A stretch of 64,000 bases of DNA from Chitinophagales bacterium. GTDB taxonomy: Bacteria; Bacteroidota; Bacteroidia; Chitinophagales; BACL12. The translations under genes were made by a program, and so were the position numbers. Below the pieces are notes generated by a model, which saw only the letters and a program-made list of their open reading frames with translations, did no database searches and was not told the origin of the DNA. The stretch spans positions 2,313 to 66,312 of the forward strand of contig JAIBBA010000003.1 of assembly GCA_019694895.1 (NCBI GenBank), in the 5' to 3' direction. Shown piece by piece: positions 54,520 through 63,356 of the stretch. Positions within the stretch are counted from its first letter, which is position 1, and each line of letters opens with the position of its first letter.

Positions 54520-54696
54520 TTAATTTAAACTCGGCGGATCGGAGCACTTCAATGATCTGGTTATATAATTATAAATCGACATTAATTCTTCTTCAGTCAG
54601 TTCCTGATATGCCGGCATTACCGATTGGTATTCGTTGTATACATTATTGGCGCGCTGGTTGCCGCTAGCTATCTGTGCTTGTGAATTGCGAACAAA
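54520..54696 (-). pseudogene. Relic of the 3' end of a paralogous cytochrome-c-domain gene (58 codons plus stop, no start, out of frame with the upstream gene)
   Basis: The minus-strand translation is FVRNSQAQIASGNQRANNVYNEYQSVMPAYQELTEEELMSIYNYITRSLKCSDPPSLN*. It aligns without gaps to the last 58 residues of the adjacent protein (FVRDSRALINSGDDRATTVFNEYRSVMPAFEDLKEEEIMSIYNYLIATLSCSNQPTIL): 33 of 58 aa are identical and about 68 percent of nt are identical. Confidence 0.7.
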
Positions 54697-54697
54697 C

Positions 54698-56818
54698 TCA
54701 ATGAAGTATAGTCGGCTGATTGCTACAGGATAATGTGGCTATAAGATAATTATAAATTGACATGATTTCTTCTTCCTTCAGATCCTCAAATGCGGGCATC
54801 ACGGATCTATATTCATTAAATACAGTAGTTGCCCGATCATCACCGCTATTGATAAGCGCTCGTGAATCACGAACAAAGGCGCTGAAATAAGCGTATTGTC
54901 CCGATGAATGATCCAAAAGGTTATCAAATGCCGGTCCGGTTAACTTAACACCTCGTTCAGCCAAGTGGCACCTGGTACAATTCACATTAAAAAGGGCGTT
55001 ACCAACTTGTATAGATTTTGAAGACATCCTGCAACAATTGTTCACCGTTGTAGAAAACAAGAGATCATACTTGGTTCTTTTCTCCAGATACTTATCAGCG
55101 GCTTTGTTGAATGCAAGACGCTTGGTTTGAAATTTAAGATCACGAGAAATTGAGTTATTGAGGTCTGCCTTACCTTCTTGATTGCCTAGCACTGCGTCGA
55201 TCTTCGCTTTTTCTGTTGGTTTGAGTTCGAAGGTGGCGGTGACCTCCCTTTCTTCTTCGGACGACAACTTTACTTCATCAAAAAAATACTGCTCGCCAAT
55301 TACGGCTACCGCGAAAAACTGCAATTTGGTATTATCCAATACCGGGGTTGTTTCAACAGCTCTCATGGATTTGGAAATAAACACATTCTTTTCTGTTTCT
55401 GTAAGACGCATTAAGGATGTGTTTTCCGGCATCCATACATACACATTCACCATGTCAAATTTTTGGGAATCAGTTAGCCGGCCAATTAATTTTTTTTCTC
55501 GAAAGGTTCTGCCGAATTCAGGGGGAATAGCAAAGTATTTCCATCCGGAACTTGTTAATGTGTAATTGAAATACAACATGCGATGCGCCTCTCGTTTTCG
55601 TAATACTTCAACGTACTTTGCGAGTTCTTTATCATAGTCCTTCTGAAGCAATTTATACTTTTTGAGCAAAGCGTTTTCTACCGTATCCATTTCTCTGGTC
55701 AACCCTTCCGATCGCTTTTGGTAAAATCTTGCCAAAGCCTTTGCCGACGGGTTTTTCTCAACATCGCGCACATTTGTTAGTTTCTCTCTGCTAAATTTCA
55801 AAAACACTTCCCTGTCGGCTGCATTCCCTAACAATTGAGATGCCATAGAGTCAACCACCCATAGTTGCTTATCAGTATTATTCACATAAAGGTCTAATAC
55901 CCGCTGATCAAAGGTTCGGTGAATGGCCTGCATGCGGGTCTCGAATTCTTTTGTAGCGATGAATGTATTTTCGAATGCATTCTCCTTGATCGTTTTTACT
56001 TTTATTGGGTCTATTCCGCAATCCGAATATTCATCGTCAGACGATGTGTCGGTTAAGCCCGATTGGTGGCTTTTTTGAATATCCTTCAGATCAAATTTTT
56101 TGCCATTAGGCTCCAATAAAAATTTCTCCCCCTGATCAGGTGTGAATGAAGAAAGTTTTTTATGTACCAGCCACACCGAATAATACAAGCTGTCGGAAAA
56201 CGATCTGACAAATTTGTTTTTTCCTTCAAAGGGTAAAATATCAAGCAGGCCGTTATCGAATATTTCAGGGGTGAAATTCAACGTGCTCAAAGGAACCGGA
56301 TCAAGATATTTTTCCGGCGCAATCGGATCGACCCAATCCATATTTCCAACTGAATCTCTGTTACCGCTGTACATCAACATCTCTTTAGCAGTCTTTGGAG
56401 TGCTAATGGTAATGGGGTTGTTTTGATCGATATGCAGTTGTTCGTTATCCTTTGTAAAATTGATATAAAAAGCACTGCCACCGCTAAGCTGCCCCGATGA
56501 GGAGTTGCCTGTCAAATTGCTGAAAACCAACTCATTAAGCCCATTGGCTTGAAATAATTCCATGTTGATCTTTCCCTGCACCACCTCATTCTTGGCGTTC
56601 AAGAGTGCACCCTTAGGGATTACAATTATGAGTCCATTTTCTCCCGCTAACACCGTGTCGATCTCTGCAGAAAATTCAACGAACTTGCTAGGTGCCGATG
56701 TTTTTGCAAATGGATCTGTTGTAGAAAAACGCGTATTGACCTTAGTGTATTCAGTGTGGTCAGAACACGAGGATAAAGCAAGAAACAAAAGTGCGATCCA
56801 TATCTGAGGTTTTTTCAT
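54698..56818 (-). CDS. Lipoprotein with a large domain of unknown function and a C-terminal class-I c-type cytochrome domain
   Basis: The ATG at 56818 gives the lipobox LFLALSSC (the ORF-track start at 56872 is TTG). Heme-binding motif CTRCH is encoded at 54965-54979 on the minus strand. A distal Met candidate lies in SVMPAF. About 600 aa upstream carry no recognisable domain. Confidence 0.75.
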   Translation of the reverse strand: MKKPQIWIALLFLALSSCSDHTEYTKVNTRFSTTDPFAKTSAPSKFVEFSAEIDTVLAGENGLIIVIPKGALLNAKNEVVQGKINMELFQANGLNELVFSNLTGNSSSGQLSGGSAFYINFTKDNEQLHIDQNNPITISTPKTAKEMLMYSGNRDSVGNMDWVDPIAPEKYLDPVPLSTLNFTPEIFDNGLLDILPFEGKNKFVRSFSDSLYYSVWLVHKKLSSFTPDQGEKFLLEPNGKKFDLKDIQKSHQSGLTDTSSDDEYSDCGIDPIKVKTIKENAFENTFIATKEFETRMQAIHRTFDQRVLDLYVNNTDKQLWVVDSMASQLLGNAADREVFLKFSREKLTNVRDVEKNPSAKALARFYQKRSEGLTREMDTVENALLKKYKLLQKDYDKELAKYVEVLRKREAHRMLYFNYTLTSSGWKYFAIPPEFGRTFREKKLIGRLTDSQKFDMVNVYVWMPENTSLMRLTETEKNVFISKSMRAVETTPVLDNTKLQFFAVAVIGEQYFFDEVKLSSEEEREVTATFELKPTEKAKIDAVLGNQEGKADLNNSISRDLKFQTKRLAFNKAADKYLEKRTKYDLLFSTTVNNCCRMSSKSIQVGNALFNVNCTRCHLAERGVKLTGPAFDNLLDHSSGQYAYFSAFVRDSRALINSGDDRATTVFNEYRSVMPAFEDLKEEEIMSIYNYLIATLSCSNQPTILH

Positions 56819-56880
56819 GCGGAGTGGTATCAACAATCTAAGATAGCATTCATTTATGCGATCTGTGCGCAACTTGCCAA

Positions 56881-59800
56881 TTATTTATTTAACAAGTAGG
56901 CCATCACACTCGCATTCCTCCTTGCTACCAACAAATATTTCTCACGATTGAGTTTTGTGAGACACATGCTTCGCACTTCTCCATCAATGAACAGGCCCGT
57001 TTCGGCGGCGTTTTTAAATGTGAAGCCGCCTTTGCCATCACCAAACAAACAGGCGCCATAACCCGCATCCAGTCTTGTCAATTCAGGTCTGGTGCCAAAT
57101 TGATTTCCCGCCAGGATGAGGTCGGGGTAATTATCGCGATTAATATCTTTTACTGCGATGGCATAAACCGGAAACCATTGAATTTGCTCCGGCAACAATT
57201 GTCTGGTGAACGAGCCCTTGCCATTGTTTATAAAAATACTTGAATTGAAATCTGTAGCCGTGAAGTGCGTAATGGTATCCCAATTTACATCGGGAAACAA
57301 ATCGAAAATGGAAGCTTTCGCATAATCTGCATAATAAACATATCTGTTTTTTAGAGCCGGAATCTGTTCAAGCATATCATCTTTCGAAGCTATAGGAATT
57401 TCTTTACCACTTTTGTCGAACGTTGTGATAATGGGATCAATTTTACCATTTCGATCAAAATCACAAACGTACATATGTGCCGGAAATTCTTTTGAGGCTT
57501 TTAATGGATGATTTGTTCCTCTGTTTCCTGCAATAATGTCCATATCTCCATCCAGGTCGACATCTACAATATTAATGGCATTCCACCAACCGCTGTAATC
57601 TGACAATCCGGATGGCACTGTTGATTCAATAAATTTCTTTTTCCCATTGATAAAAACGCGTAATGGCGACCAGTACGATACCACCACTAGGTCTTGTTTT
57701 CCATCGGCATCAATATCGGCCCACTGCGCATCCTGTACTAATCCAATGGTATTTAATTCCGGGCAAATACGCGCTGTTATGTCCATAAATTTTCCGCCAA
57801 TATTTTCATATATGGCTGACGGAGAAGACAATGGATAGCTTCCCGCTACAACACCGCCTCCAAGAAAAATATCCATGTCGCCATCGTTGTCAAAGTCACA
57901 AGTACGCACTACAGAATGCGCCTGTAAACTTTCGGGCAACAATTGATTCGCGTTCACATATCTGCCATTCGACATATTTAAATATAATCGGCTCTGATAA
58001 TATCGAGAACCCGCCGGATACTCATTTCCGCCGCTTACTACAAAGAGGTCTGAGTCGCCATCATTGTCAACATCAATCCAGGCGGCATCAACATCTTCGT
58101 ATGCAGAATCACGCTCCCATACGCCACCAAATGACGGTATGAAGCCTTCATCACTTCCCAAAAACAATCGCGACTTTTTGTTTTTGCCACCGGTGATAAA
58201 TACATCAGAAATGCCGTCATTATTTGCGTCTCCAACGGCTAAAGCCGGTCCCTGATCTGAATACACATAAGGGATCAATGGTTCTTTTTTAAAGTCATCA
58301 GCAGGTTCTTCGCTTACACTGTAAGGAATCACCTTATTGCTGACATCAATAAACTCAGGCAAATAATCAGCCGCCCATAATTCATATTGTCCATTTTTCT
58401 CATAGACAATTAATGTTGTGTCGGCAGAAATGTTTGACAAAATTTGTTCCTTGCCTGATGGGTATATTATTTGAATTCTGTCGACATTTTTAGATTCACC
58501 CAATCCAAAGTACAGCACCGGTTCTACGGCAGATTGAAAGCCTCTGGTGGGCATAAGTTGGCGTTTGTATGATTGATTACCTATTGCAACAGAAATCATA
58601 GTGCCAACTCCAAATGTATTTTTTCCCTCGCCGATAATCTTGATTTTTAAATAATGATTTTGCTTCAGCTCACGTGCATTATTTTTAAAAATAAATACAG
58701 TATCATCAATATTGCTTACAACAATATCAAGATCGCCGTCATTATCTAAATCTGCATATGCAGCACCGTTAGAATATGATGGAATCTGAACACCCCAATC
58801 AACGGTTACATTTTTAAATTGCAGCGAATCGCTTCCTTTGAAACAATAATTTGATAAAGGGACATCAGGCATTTGATATACCAGGTCCAACGTGTTTAAC
58901 TTTTCACCTGCGTCAAAAGCTTTTTGCTCAGCTTCACTATAGGTATATTTTAAAAAATCCAGATTAGTAAAATCATGTCGAAACCCATTTGTGATATAAA
59001 GGTCCTGAATACCATCCAGATCGTAGTCGGCAAACAGCGGCGCCCAACTCCAGTCTGTGGCTGCAACGCCTGCGCTCCAGGCAATTTCAGAAAATGAATT
59101 ATTGCCATTATTTATTTGCAACGTGTTAAACATGTGCTGATAAAAATATCCGTAATCGGCAGACATTTGATACGCATCAAATTTTGTCGGACCTTTTAAT
59201 TTTTTTTGTCGTTCCGGATCTTCGGGGAGCATGTCCATTACCAGGAGATCCAACCAGCCATCATTATTAATATCGGCCATATCGCATCCCATCGAAAAAT
59301 TAGAGGTGTGGCCGAATGCATCTTGCAGCACCTGCGAAAATGTGCCGTTGTGATTGTTGATATATAAAAAATCCTGTTCGTTGTAATCGTTTGTCACAAA
59401 TATGTCGAGGTATGCATCGTTATTGACATCGCCGATCATTAATCCCAATCCGAAATTAGATGGCGTGCCGAATATTCCCGCCTCAGCACTGATATCGGTG
59501 AAATAATTATTGTCGTTTCTGAATAATTTATTTCCTGCATATTTATCTCTTCTGTTTCTTACATCGCCGATATTAAATCCATGTAATTGTGTTACGGCAT
59601 GATTTAATAAAAACATATCCAGATCGCCATCATTGTCCATATCAAAAAAAGCAGCCTGCGTGCTGAACGATGAATCGTCGAGTCCGAATTTTTTTGCCGA
59701 TTCAACAAATGCACCTTTTCCATTATTGATATAAAGTTGGTTGTGTCTGTCGCGGGTAGAAAACTGTCCCGACTTACACACATAAATATCGAGAAAGCCA

Positions 59801-60168
59801 TCGCCATTCACATCTGCCATGGTCACCCCCGAACTCCAACCCCCGGGAGGCAGAATATTAGCTTGTCGGGTAGCATCGACAAATTGCATATTACCTTGGT
59901 TGAGATACAGTTTATCCTGCCCTAAATTGCCGGTAAAAAACAAATCGCAATAGCCATTCCCGTCCACATCGCCTGCTGCAACGCCACCGCCGTTGTAGAG
60001 GTATTGATACAGCAGCACATTCATGGTAGCTGTTTCCTGTAAATCGAGGTGCATGGCAACACCGGTTTGGGAGGCGGAAAGTCTTGAGAATAGGGTGGTT
60101 TGGGCAAATGTAGGTGAGTAAGCAACAAGTGCGGAAACAATCCAATATGCCACAAATTTTCTATTCAT
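56881..60168 (-). CDS. FG-GAP/VCBS-repeat protein with an ASPIC/UnbV domain (CRTAC1-like)
   Basis: Signal peptide. Many Ca-binding D-x-D/N-x-D-G repeats: DVDGNGYCDLFF, DVNGDGFLDIYV, DMDNDGDLDMFL, DINNDGWLDLLV, DLDNDGDLDIVV, DVDNDGDSDLFV, DFDNDGDMDIFL. ASPIC-like block NHYLKIKIIGEGKNTFGVGTMISV...RGFQSAVEPVLYFGLG. Confidence 0.85.
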   Translation of the reverse strand: MNRKFVAYWIVSALVAYSPTFAQTTLFSRLSASQTGVAMHLDLQETATMNVLLYQYLYNGGGVAAGDVDGNGYCDLFFTGNLGQDKLYLNQGNMQFVDATRQANILPPGGWSSGVTMADVNGDGFLDIYVCKSGQFSTRDRHNQLYINNGKGAFVESAKKFGLDDSSFSTQAAFFDMDNDGDLDMFLLNHAVTQLHGFNIGDVRNRRDKYAGNKLFRNDNNYFTDISAEAGIFGTPSNFGLGLMIGDVNNDAYLDIFVTNDYNEQDFLYINNHNGTFSQVLQDAFGHTSNFSMGCDMADINNDGWLDLLVMDMLPEDPERQKKLKGPTKFDAYQMSADYGYFYQHMFNTLQINNGNNSFSEIAWSAGVAATDWSWAPLFADYDLDGIQDLYITNGFRHDFTNLDFLKYTYSEAEQKAFDAGEKLNTLDLVYQMPDVPLSNYCFKGSDSLQFKNVTVDWGVQIPSYSNGAAYADLDNDGDLDIVVSNIDDTVFIFKNNARELKQNHYLKIKIIGEGKNTFGVGTMISVAIGNQSYKRQLMPTRGFQSAVEPVLYFGLGESKNVDRIQIIYPSGKEQILSNISADTTLIVYEKNGQYELWAADYLPEFIDVSNKVIPYSVSEEPADDFKKEPLIPYVYSDQGPALAVGDANNDGISDVFITGGKNKKSRLFLGSDEGFIPSFGGVWERDSAYEDVDAAWIDVDNDGDSDLFVVSGGNEYPAGSRYYQSRLYLNMSNGRYVNANQLLPESLQAHSVVRTCDFDNDGDMDIFLGGGVVAGSYPLSSPSAIYENIGGKFMDITARICPELNTIGLVQDAQWADIDADGKQDLVVVSYWSPLRVFINGKKKFIESTVPSGLSDYSGWWNAINIVDVDLDGDMDIIAGNRGTNHPLKASKEFPAHMYVCDFDRNGKIDPIITTFDKSGKEIPIASKDDMLEQIPALKNRYVYYADYAKASIFDLFPDVNWDTITHFTATDFNSSIFINNGKGSFTRQLLPEQIQWFPVYAIAVKDINRDNYPDLILAGNQFGTRPELTRLDAGYGACLFGDGKGGFTFKNAAETGLFIDGEVRSMCLTKLNREKYLLVARRNASVMAYLLNK

Positions 60169-60393
60169 GCAGAAATACCCTGTTTTAGGTAGTCAAAATT
60201 ATGTATTAATTAATTGTAAGTGCGGTTTGTTGAATATCTTATTAAACTAAAGTAATAGCGCTCGAAAACCTTACAAAAAAATTCTAATTGCGGTAATGAT
60301 TGAGTAAAATTGCATTGATTTTCGCGGTACTATCACCGCCTTGATCAAAATGACCTATCAGTATTATTTCTTAAACCAAAAATTTTATTGTTC

Positions 60394-63345
60394 ATGATGC
60401 ATGTTTATGCTCTCATCAGACGCGCCATTTTGCCCGTGGTGTTGTTGATGCCGGTTCTTATTTGGGGACAGGCGCCAACATTGACAGGGGTGATCTCGGA
60501 TCAGTCAGGTGCTACGCTACCGGGGGTTACAGTGCTTATTAGCGGCACCGGTAAAGGCACAATTTCCGACTTCGACGGATCTTATGTGCTTGCCTTCGAC
60601 GCAGCGGGAACCTATACTGTAAACTATACCTATATCGGGTATAAAGCAGTGACCGAAACCATTACACTCACCGACGGGCAAAACCTGAAAAAGGACCTCA
60701 TTATGCAGGAAGACGCCCTTATGCTCGAAACAGCGGTTGTTGTGGGTTATGGTACTATCAAATCAAAAGACCTTACGGGTTCTATCACGAATGTAGGGGT
60801 GAAAGACTTTCAGGGAGGTAACGTAACCACTCCGGAGCAGCTGATCACAGGAAAGGTTGCCGGTGTGCAAATTACCTCTAACTCGGGTATGCCGGGTTCG
60901 GGAAGTCGCATCCGCATCCGCGGCGGTACCTCGCTCAATGCAAGTAACGATCCGCTCATCGTAATCGATGGTGTGCCGGTTGACAATAACGGTATCAGCG
61001 GCTCAGGAAATGCGCTCAGCCTGATCAACCCGGATGATATTGAAAATATCACCGTGCTTAAAGACGCATCTGCAGCCGCCATCTACGGTTCACGCGCCGC
61101 CAACGGTGTAATTATCATCACTACCAAAAAAGGATTCTCCGATAATAAATTGCACATCGATGTAAGCAGCACATCATCACTATCGCAAGTGACCGGTTAT
61201 GTTGATGTGCTTACTGCAGATCAGCTTGCCGCCGTGCTCGATACGGCAGGTACTGCTACACAACAAGCGCTTTTAGGTTCTGAGAATACCGATTGGCAAA
61301 AAGAACTTTATCGCATGGGTTTTGCCGAAGACCTTGATCTCACTTTCACAGGTGGTATCAAAAATCTTCCTTATCGCCTCAACCTCGAATACATGAATGA
61401 AAGCGGTGTGCTCGATCGTTCGCAACTCGGACGCATGGGCGCGTCTCTCGGAATTAATCCAACATTGCTGAACGGAAAATTAAAAACCGAAGCAAATGGT
61501 AAATATTATCATACCGATAACTTCTTCGCCGATCAGGGTGCAATAGGTTCTGCAATTACATTCGATCCGTCACAAGCTATTTATGACGATGCTTCGGTTT
61601 ACGGCGGTTATTGGGAATGGACAAATACATCAGGTGGATTAATTCCGCTCGCGCCAAAAAATCCTGTTGGATTATTAAATCAGCGCGATGATGAAAGTAA
61701 TGTAAATCGCTTTATCGGAAACATTAAACTCGACTATGAAATATTTAAAGATTTTCATGGAGTAATAAATGGCGGTATCGATATGGCGCGTTCTAACGGA
61801 ACAGTTGTTGTTCCTGCCGAAGCAGCTTCACAATATCCTAACGGTTCAAATAATCAATACGAACAAAGCAAAGACAACAAATTGCTCGAAGCGTATGGTA
61901 ACTATAAAAAGGATATTAAATCGATTAAAAGCCGCATCGATTTTACAGCAGGTTATTCTTATCAAAACTGGCTTACGCAATCACCGTCATTTCCAAGTTT
62001 AAGTTTCGCCGGCGATACTATCACTCCTGTTGGTATCGACTTCGAAACCGAAAATACACTGATCTCTTTCTATGGTCGTTTAAATTACAATCTGAAAGAG
62101 CGCTACATGGTTACGGCTACATTGCGCGAAGATGGTTCTTCACGCTTTAGTCCCGACAACCGCTGGGGTTTATTCCCATCAGTTGCAGCTGCATGGCTCG
62201 TAAGTGATGAAGCGTTTATGTCGAATACAAAAATGTATTTGAAATTACGCGCAGGTTACGGAGTTACCGGTCAGCAGGATATTTTCTATGATTATCCGTA
62301 TATCGCAAACTACGATAGTTCAACCTCAACGGCTCAATACCAATTTGGTGATGCTTTCTATTATTTACTTCGTCCCGATGGTTACGATCCGAATATCAAG
62401 TGGGAAGAAACTACCAGCTTTAATATTGGATTTGATTTCGGCTTGAAGGGAGATAAAATTTCAGGTAGTGTTGATTTGTATAAAAAACTCACCAACGATC
62501 TCCTTGCAACCATTCCGATTCCGGCAGGCACCAACTTCACCAACCAAATTCTTACTAACGTAGGAAGCATGGAAAATACCGGTGTCGAAATCAACCTGAG
62601 TTATATCGCTCTCGACAACAAAGACATGTCGTTAGAATTCGGAATTAACGGAACCGCTAACCGCAATGAAATTACAAACCTTACTTTGGTAGAAGATACT
62701 TCAAGCGCCGGCATTTTAGTTGGTGGTATAGCTGGTGGTATTGGTAATACTATTCAGATTCAATCTGTTGGTTATGCATCAAATACTTTCTTTGCCTATC
62801 AACAACAATATGATGAAAATGGCAACCCTATCGAAGGGTCATATGTTGATCAGAATGGCGATAGCATCATCAATGCAGATGATCTGATTTGGGGTGAAAA
62901 TCCAACACCTGACTTTTATCTCGGTTTTAGCGCTGCATTCAAATACAAAAAATGGAGTGTATCAACTGTGTTGCGCGGTGAATTCGGAAAATACATGTAT
63001 AATAACATCAATTCTACACGCGGTATTTTCCAAAACGTTCCAAGTGCAAGTTATATGCAAAACCTGTCGACCAATTATCTGGAAACGGGTTTCCAATCAT
63101 ATCAATTGCTGAGTGATTACTATATTGAGAATGCATCATTTGTTCGTATGGACAACTTTGCCGTTGGATATGACGTTGGACGAGTATTCAATGACAATGC
63201 GTCTCTCACAGTGGGTGCAGTTATTCAAAATGTATTTGTAATTTCTCCATATTCAGGACTTGATCCGGAGATTGCAGGTGGTATTGATAATTCAATTTAT
63301 CCTCGCCCACGCATTTATTCTCTCAACATTAATCTTAAACTCTAA
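60394..63345 (+). CDS. SusC/RagA-family TonB-dependent outer-membrane transporter
   Basis: CarboxypepD_reg-like N-domain (LTGVISDQSGATLPGVTVLISGTGKGTISDFDGSY). Plug region VVVGYGTIKSKDLTGSI...ITVLKDASAAAIYGSRAANGVIIITTKKG. Long beta-barrel. The ORF-track start at 60388 is TTG. The first ATG is at 60394. Confidence 0.93.
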   Translation: MMHVYALIRRAILPVVLLMPVLIWGQAPTLTGVISDQSGATLPGVTVLISGTGKGTISDFDGSYVLAFDAAGTYTVNYTYIGYKAVTETITLTDGQNLKKDLIMQEDALMLETAVVVGYGTIKSKDLTGSITNVGVKDFQGGNVTTPEQLITGKVAGVQITSNSGMPGSGSRIRIRGGTSLNASNDPLIVIDGVPVDNNGISGSGNALSLINPDDIENITVLKDASAAAIYGSRAANGVIIITTKKGFSDNKLHIDVSSTSSLSQVTGYVDVLTADQLAAVLDTAGTATQQALLGSENTDWQKELYRMGFAEDLDLTFTGGIKNLPYRLNLEYMNESGVLDRSQLGRMGASLGINPTLLNGKLKTEANGKYYHTDNFFADQGAIGSAITFDPSQAIYDDASVYGGYWEWTNTSGGLIPLAPKNPVGLLNQRDDESNVNRFIGNIKLDYEIFKDFHGVINGGIDMARSNGTVVVPAEAASQYPNGSNNQYEQSKDNKLLEAYGNYKKDIKSIKSRIDFTAGYSYQNWLTQSPSFPSLSFAGDTITPVGIDFETENTLISFYGRLNYNLKERYMVTATLREDGSSRFSPDNRWGLFPSVAAAWLVSDEAFMSNTKMYLKLRAGYGVTGQQDIFYDYPYIANYDSSTSTAQYQFGDAFYYLLRPDGYDPNIKWEETTSFNIGFDFGLKGDKISGSVDLYKKLTNDLLATIPIPAGTNFTNQILTNVGSMENTGVEINLSYIALDNKDMSLEFGINGTANRNEITNLTLVEDTSSAGILVGGIAGGIGNTIQIQSVGYASNTFFAYQQQYDENGNPIEGSYVDQNGDSIINADDLIWGENPTPDFYLGFSAAFKYKKWSVSTVLRGEFGKYMYNNINSTRGIFQNVPSASYMQNLSTNYLETGFQSYQLLSDYYIENASFVRMDNFAVGYDVGRVFNDNASLTVGAVIQNVFVISPYSGLDPEIAGGIDNSIYPRPRIYSLNINLKL

Positions 63346-63356
63346 ACCGAAAAGCG

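Noticed and set aside
54694-54703. Programmed +1 frameshift at CAT TGA G joining the cytochrome-c-domain ORF to the downstream relic
   Set aside because: The relic is indeed in the +1 frame relative to the stop. However, the P-site codon CAU cannot re-pair in the +1 frame (AUU) and there is no prfB-like CUU UGA context. The product would also add a second half-domain lacking CxxCH. A deletion relic is the simpler explanation.
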